Shown here piece after piece: positions 19,459 to 24,000 of a DNA stretch of 24,000 bases; the first letter of the stretch is position 1, and each line of letters opens with the position of its first letter. Location: the NCBI RefSeq assembly GCF_000193795.1, contig NZ_AEPI01000022.1. One strand, given 5' to 3'. A model generated the notes under the pieces. It did not search any database. It saw only the letters and a list, made by a program, of their open reading frames with translations, and was not told where the DNA came from. Source of the DNA: Neisseria lactamica NS19 (GTDB taxonomy: Bacteria; Pseudomonadota; Gammaproteobacteria; Burkholderiales; Neisseriaceae). The translations under genes were made by a program, and so were the position numbers.

Positions 19459-22362
19459 TCACAGGGTGCGTGCCACTTCGACGATGTCGAAGCATTCCAG
19501 TTGGTCGCCTTCCATAATTTCATTGAAGCCTTTAATCATCAGGCCGCACTCGAAGCCCATACGGACTTCTTTAACATCGTCTTTGTAGCGTTTCAAAGAC
19601 GACAGCTCGCCGGTATGGATGACCACGTTGTTGCGGATGAGGCGGATATGGGAATCGCGTTTGACCACGCCGTCGGTAACCATACAGCCTGCAATGTTGC
19701 CGACTTTGGAAACGCTGATGACCTGACGGATTTCGACCGTGCCGGTAACCTGTTCTTTCTCTTCCGGGGAAAGCATACCGCTCATCGCCGCCTTCACGTC
19801 GTCGATGGCATCGTAGATGATGTTGTAGTAGCGGATTTCCACGTTTTCATTTTCGGCAAGTTTGCGCGAAGAGGCATCTGCACGCACGTTAAAGCCGATA
19901 ATGAACGCCCCGGACGCGATGGCCAAGTTGACATCCGATTCGGTAATGCCGCCCACGCCGCTGTGCAATACGTTCACTTTCACTTCGTCTGTGGACAGTT
20001 TTTTCAAGCTGCCCGCCAAAGCCTCGTAAGAACCTTGCACGTCTGCCTTGATGATGACCGACAAAGATTGGGCTTGGGTTTCGCCCATATTGTTGAACAT
20101 ATTTTCCAGCTTCGCCGCCTGCTGTTTGGCAAGGCGCACGTCGCGGTATTTGCCTTGGCGGAAGAGGGCGATTTCGCGCGCTTTTTTCTCGTCCGCCAAC
20201 ACCATCGCGTCTTCGCCTGCGTTCGGTACGTCGGACAAGCCGAGGATTTCGACGGGGATAGACGGACCGGCTTCATTGATGGCTTTACCGTTTTCGTCAA
20301 CCATCGCACGGATTTTACCGAACGCGGTACCGGCCAGCAGCATATCGCCTTTTTTCAGCGTACCGCTTTGTACCAAGAGGGTGGCAACCGCACCGCGGCC
20401 TTTGTCCAGACGGGCTTCGACGATAATGCCTTTTGCAGGTGCATCGACCGGGGCGGCCAGTTCCAAAACTTCGGCTTCGAGCAAGACGGCTTCGAGCAGC
20501 GCGTCGATGTTTGTCCCTTTTTTGGCGGAAACGTCGATGAATTGAACCGTGCCGCCCCAATCGTCGGGGATGACTTCGTGTTGGGTCAGTTCCTGACGGA
20601 TGCGTTCGGGATTGGCTGTATCTTTATCGATTTTATTGACGGCTACCACAATCGGAACACCTGCCGCTTTGGCGTGGGCAATCGCTTCGATGGTTTGCGG
20701 CATCACACCGTCGTCTGCGGCAACCACGAGAATCACGATGTCGGTCGCTTTCGCGCCGCGGGCGCGCATAGCGGTAAACGCTTCGTGGCCCGGGGTATCC
20801 AAGAAGGTAATCACGCCGCGCGGCGTTTTGACGTGGTACGCGCCGATGTGCTGCGTAATGCCGCCCGCTTCGCCCTGCACCACTTTGGCGCGGCGGATGT
20901 AGTCCAGCAGCGAGGTTTTACCGTGGTCGACGTGCCCCATCACGGTAACCACCGGCGGGCGCGGCAATGCTTCGGCTTCCACCGCTTCCGCGCCCTCGTC
21001 CAAGAATGCTTCCGGATCGTCCGCTGCGGCAGGTTTGCCGATATGGCCGAGTTCTTCCACCACGATCAGGGCGGTGTCTTGGTCGATGGATTGGTTGATG
21101 GTTACCATCATGCCCATCTTCATCAGGGCTTTGACCACTTCCACGCCTTTGACCGCCATTTTGTGTGCCAAATCGGCAACGGTAATGGTTTCGGGAACTA
21201 AAACTTCGTGTACGACAGGTTCGGTTGGCGCTTGGAAGGCGTGCTGGTTTGGCTCGAGTTTGAGTTTTTTGCCTTTTTTACCGCCGCGTACGCGCTCGTC
21301 GTCGCCGTTGCGGGCATTGTTGCGGTCGCGACCGCCTTTCGCACCTTTGCCGCCTTTGCCTTTGGCATTGCGGCCTTGACTTTCGTCGTCGCGGTTGCGG
21401 CGGTCTTCTTTTTTGGCTTTTGCCGGGTTGGCAGGTTTGTTTTCGACGGCCGGAGCGGCTGCCTGCGGTTTCTCGGCAGGCTTGGCGGGACGCTGTCTGC
21501 CGGTTTTGGCTTCCTGTGCGGCTTTTGCCTGTTGTTCTGCCTGTTGTTTCATGGCTTCACGGCGCGCCTGGCGTTCCTGTTTCTCTTTCAACAGTGCTTC
21601 CTGGTGGGCGCGAAGTGCGGCGGCGCGCCGCGCCTCTTCGTCGCGTTGCGCCTGTTCTTCCGCGCTGACCACGGGTTGCGGAGCGGCGGGTGCGGCAGGT
21701 TTCGCCGGTTTTTTGGCATCTTTGCCTTTGCCGCTTCGCTCGTGTTTCGGCTTGGCGGCTTTTTCTTTGGATTCGGCGGGTTTTTCAGACGGCATTTTGC
21801 CGGCTTGGGCTTTTTCTGCTTTGCTTTCTTCGGCGGGTTTGGTTTTCGCCGCAACGGCTGCGGTTTCGGCTTTTGCTTTGGCGGCGGGGGATTCCTGCTC
21901 GGCAGGTTTGGCTTTGCCGCCGGCTTTTGCCGCTTTCAGTTTTGCCGCTTCCGCTTCCGCCTTGGCGCGTGCTTCTGCGCGTGCGGCAGCTTCGGCTTGG
22001 GCTTTTGCCGCGTCTTCTGCCGTCTGCTCTGGCTGAGCAGGTGCGGCTTGGATTTGGGCGGCTTTTACCTGTGCTGCCAATTCTTCGGCAGAAGGAATGT
22101 TGACAGTGCGTCCGCGTTTGCGTGTTTCGACTTTTACGCCGTCGACGGTGCTGACTTCGGTTTTGGTGCGGCGGATGCTGATGGTGCTGCTGTTGCCGCC
22201 GTTTTTCTTGGTCAGATAGGCGTTTAGAAGTTGTTTGTCGTCCAGCGTCAGGGAATCGCCGCCGCCGGTTTTGCCGACACCTGCTTCTTTTAATTGTTTC
22301 AACAGGTCTTCGACGGGGCGTTTCAGTTCGGCGGCAAATTGTTCTACGGTTGTGTTATTCAT
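19459..22362 (-). CDS. infB: Translation initiation factor IF-2
   Basis: 967 aa. It has an A/K/E/Q-rich N-terminal region, a GTPase domain ([33 protein letters not shown]) and the conserved C-terminal domains. Confidence 0.97.
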   Translation of the reverse strand: MNNTTVEQFAAELKRPVEDLLKQLKEAGVGKTGGGDSLTLDDKQLLNAYLTKKNGGNSSTISIRRTKTEVSTVDGVKVETRKRGRTVNIPSAEELAAQVKAAQIQAAPAQPEQTAEDAAKAQAEAAARAEARAKAEAEAAKLKAAKAGGKAKPAEQESPAAKAKAETAAVAAKTKPAEESKAEKAQAGKMPSEKPAESKEKAAKPKHERSGKGKDAKKPAKPAAPAAPQPVVSAEEQAQRDEEARRAAALRAHQEALLKEKQERQARREAMKQQAEQQAKAAQEAKTGRQRPAKPAEKPQAAAPAVENKPANPAKAKKEDRRNRDDESQGRNAKGKGGKGAKGGRDRNNARNGDDERVRGGKKGKKLKLEPNQHAFQAPTEPVVHEVLVPETITVADLAHKMAVKGVEVVKALMKMGMMVTINQSIDQDTALIVVEELGHIGKPAAADDPEAFLDEGAEAVEAEALPRPPVVTVMGHVDHGKTSLLDYIRRAKVVQGEAGGITQHIGAYHVKTPRGVITFLDTPGHEAFTAMRARGAKATDIVILVVAADDGVMPQTIEAIAHAKAAGVPIVVAVNKIDKDTANPERIRQELTQHEVIPDDWGGTVQFIDVSAKKGTNIDALLEAVLLEAEVLELAAPVDAPAKGIIVEARLDKGRGAVATLLVQSGTLKKGDMLLAGTAFGKIRAMVDENGKAINEAGPSIPVEILGLSDVPNAGEDAMVLADEKKAREIALFRQGKYRDVRLAKQQAAKLENMFNNMGETQAQSLSVIIKADVQGSYEALAGSLKKLSTDEVKVNVLHSGVGGITESDVNLAIASGAFIIGFNVRADASSRKLAENENVEIRYYNIIYDAIDDVKAAMSGMLSPEEKEQVTGTVEIRQVISVSKVGNIAGCMVTDGVVKRDSHIRLIRNNVVIHTGELSSLKRYKDDVKEVRMGFECGLMIKGFNEIMEGDQLECFDIVEVARTL
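21784..21795 (-). repeat. AT-DUS within infB, read on the coding strand as ATGCCGTCTGAA (...KMPSEKP...)
   Basis: TTCAGACGGCAT exact on the plus strand. Confidence 0.95.
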
Positions 22363-22374
22363 CTGTACCCCCTT

Positions 22375-23877
22375 TTATTTGTCTTCGGTAAACCAGTGTT
22401 CGCGCGCGGTCAGGATGACGGCTTTGGCGGTTTCTTCATCGATGCCGGTAATTTCAATCAGCTCATCGACGGACAGTTCCGCCAAGTCGTCGCGTTCGGT
22501 AATGCCGGCTTCGGCAAGGTTGCGGAGCATATCCGCATCCACGCCTTCGAGGTTGCGCATATCTTCGGACACTTCGCCCAGTTTTTCTTCGGCGGCAATC
22601 GCCATCGTCAGGATGGCATCGCGGGCGCGGTTGCGGAGCATATCGACGATTTCTTCGTCAAATCCTTCAATGGCAAGCAGTTCGGCGGCAGGAACATAGG
22701 CGACTTCTTCCAATGTTGCGAAACCTTCCTGAACCAGTACGTCGGCGGTTTCTTCGTCCACGTTCAAGTGATCCATAAACAGGCGGCGGATGGCGGCATC
22801 TTCTGCCGCATTGCGTTCGTCTGCCTCGGCGGAAGTCATAATGTTGAGCTGCCAGCCGGTCAAATCGGAGGCGAGGCGCACGTTTTGACCTCCGCGCCCG
22901 ATGGCGAGCGCGAGCTGGTCTTCGGCAACGATGACATCGACGGCGTGTTTGTCTTCATCGATGACGATACGGCCGACTTCGGCGGGCGAGAGCGCGCTCA
23001 TCACGAATTGCGCGGTTTCGGGCGACCAAAGGACGACATCGATGCGTTCGCCGGACAATTCGTTGCTGACTGCGTTGACGCGCGAACCGCGCACGCCGAT
23101 ACAGGTGCCTTGCGGATCGATGCGCTGGTCGTTGGCTTTGACGGCAACTTTGGCACGCTGGCCCGGGTCGCGGGCGACAGCGCGGATTTCAAGCATACCG
23201 TCTGCAATTTCAGGTACTTCATTGGCGTACAGTTTGACGAGGAAATCGCCGGAAGTACGGCTCAGGATGATTTGTTTGCGGCCGGTGTTGCCGATTTCTT
23301 CGACGCGCAGGAAGAGGGCGCGGATGCGGTCGCCGCTGCGGAAGTTTTCGCGCGGAATCATTTGGTCGCGCGGAATCAGCGCATCCAGTTTGCCGGCGAC
23401 GACTTCGACGATGATGCCGTGGCGTTCGACACGTTTGACCGTGCCGGCAACGATGTCTTCCCGGGTGGCGAGAAATTCGTTCAGGTTTTGTTCGCGTTCG
23501 GCATCGCGGATGCGTTGCAGGATGATTTGTTTGGCGGTTTGGGCGGCTTGGCGGCCGAAGCCTTCGTTGGGCAGCTGCTCTTCGTAGTATTCGCCGATTT
23601 GGATGGCGGTGCCGGGGATTTCCTCTTGGATTTCCTCGATGGTTTTTTCTACGTCGGGGTAAGTGTAGTCTTCGTCGGCGACAATCAGCCAGCGGCGGAA
23701 GGTTTGGTATTCGCCGGTATCGCGGTCGATTTGTACGCGCACGTCCATATGTTCGCGCCCCGCTTTTTTCTTGGCGGCGGTAGAGAGTGCGAATTCCAGG
23801 GCTTGGAAGACGACTTCGGCATCAACGTTTTTTTCGCTTGCCAGTGCTTCTGCCAGTTGCAACATTTCACGGCTCAT
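22375..23877 (-). CDS. nusA: Transcription termination/antitermination factor NusA
   Basis: The start is set at MSREMLQLAEALASEKNV, with GGAGA 8 nt upstream (the ORF track starts 5 codons earlier). S1, KH1 and KH2 regions and the C-terminal acidic repeats are recognisable. Confidence 0.96.
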   Translation of the reverse strand: MSREMLQLAEALASEKNVDAEVVFQALEFALSTAAKKKAGREHMDVRVQIDRDTGEYQTFRRWLIVADEDYTYPDVEKTIEEIQEEIPGTAIQIGEYYEEQLPNEGFGRQAAQTAKQIILQRIRDAEREQNLNEFLATREDIVAGTVKRVERHGIIVEVVAGKLDALIPRDQMIPRENFRSGDRIRALFLRVEEIGNTGRKQIILSRTSGDFLVKLYANEVPEIADGMLEIRAVARDPGQRAKVAVKANDQRIDPQGTCIGVRGSRVNAVSNELSGERIDVVLWSPETAQFVMSALSPAEVGRIVIDEDKHAVDVIVAEDQLALAIGRGGQNVRLASDLTGWQLNIMTSAEADERNAAEDAAIRRLFMDHLNVDEETADVLVQEGFATLEEVAYVPAAELLAIEGFDEEIVDMLRNRARDAILTMAIAAEEKLGEVSEDMRNLEGVDADMLRNLAEAGITERDDLAELSVDELIEITGIDEETAKAVILTAREHWFTEDK

Positions 23878-23904
23878 TTTGAATATCTCCAATATTGTTG
23901 TGTT

Positions 23905-24000
23905 TTAGAATTTGAATTCGGGGCGCAGGCGGGCTTTGTCGATGTTGTCCAACCCGATTTGCACGGTTTTGCCGTCGAAGGAAACGGCGACGGTATCGTT
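23905..24000 (-). CDS. rimP: Ribosome maturation factor RimP, 3' end only (gene continues beyond the window)
   Basis: The minus-strand frame is open from 24000 and reads NDTVAVSFDGKTVQIGLDNIDKARLRPEFKF, with stop TAA at 23907-23905. Position upstream of nusA-infB matches the conserved rimP-nusA-infB operon. Confidence 0.75.
   Translation of the reverse strand, partial: NDTVAVSFDGKTVQIGLDNIDKARLRPEFKF

Noticed and set aside
21250-22100. Repetitive A/K/E/Q-rich coding DNA in the infB 5' third, considered as a possible tandem repeat or VNTR
   Set aside because: I could not define a unit with regular periodicity. It is the usual low-complexity, length-variable N-terminal region of proteobacterial IF-2.
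19345-22227. Long plus-strand ORFs (618 aa, 339 aa, 213 aa and others) antisense to infB
   Set aside because: The translations are Phe/Gly/Arg/Ala-rich nonsense. They reflect stop-codon depletion opposite the highly biased infB, especially its GCN/AAR-rich N-terminal region. IF-2 on the minus strand is unambiguous.

Overview
This window is a Neisseria chromosomal segment. The evidence is about 20 copies of the DNA uptake sequence GCCGTCTGAA (mostly the 12-mer ATGCCGTCTGAA, often as inverted pairs forming terminators) and three Correia elements. An AT-rich lacY-lacZ pair points to Neisseria lactamica or a very close relative. Gene order on + unless marked: prmB, a secreted YwqK/MORN-variant repeat protein, an ACT-domain UPF0237 gene, an inserted NYN+LOTUS gene, a UPF0210 (DUF711) gene, a frameshifted DUF4410-like lipoprotein gene (-), alr (-), a short Correia element, lrp, two tandem sibling sRNAs (-), a long Correia element, dsbB, yebC (-), an alanine/glycine:cation symporter, lacY, lacZ, a short Correia element, a frameshifted DUF2868-like membrane protein gene, a DUF3482-type membrane GTPase, then infB, nusA and the 3' end of rimP (all -). 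Five things deserve a second look. (1) A single-gene NYN/LOTUS cassette splits the normally adjacent ACT/UPF0210 pair and ends in a hairpin built from a foreign DUS dialect. (2) The lipoprotein gene has a 13-nt homopolymer exactly in its promoter spacer plus a coding frameshift. (3) The twin CU-rich sRNAs each have their own promoter and terminator. (4) The lacYZ island has no regulator gene. (5) The uncharacterised DUF2868/GTPase module is disrupted by a frameshift. No CRISPR array, tRNA, rRNA, transposase or recognisable defence system was seen. All homology statements come from reading the translations by eye, not from searches.
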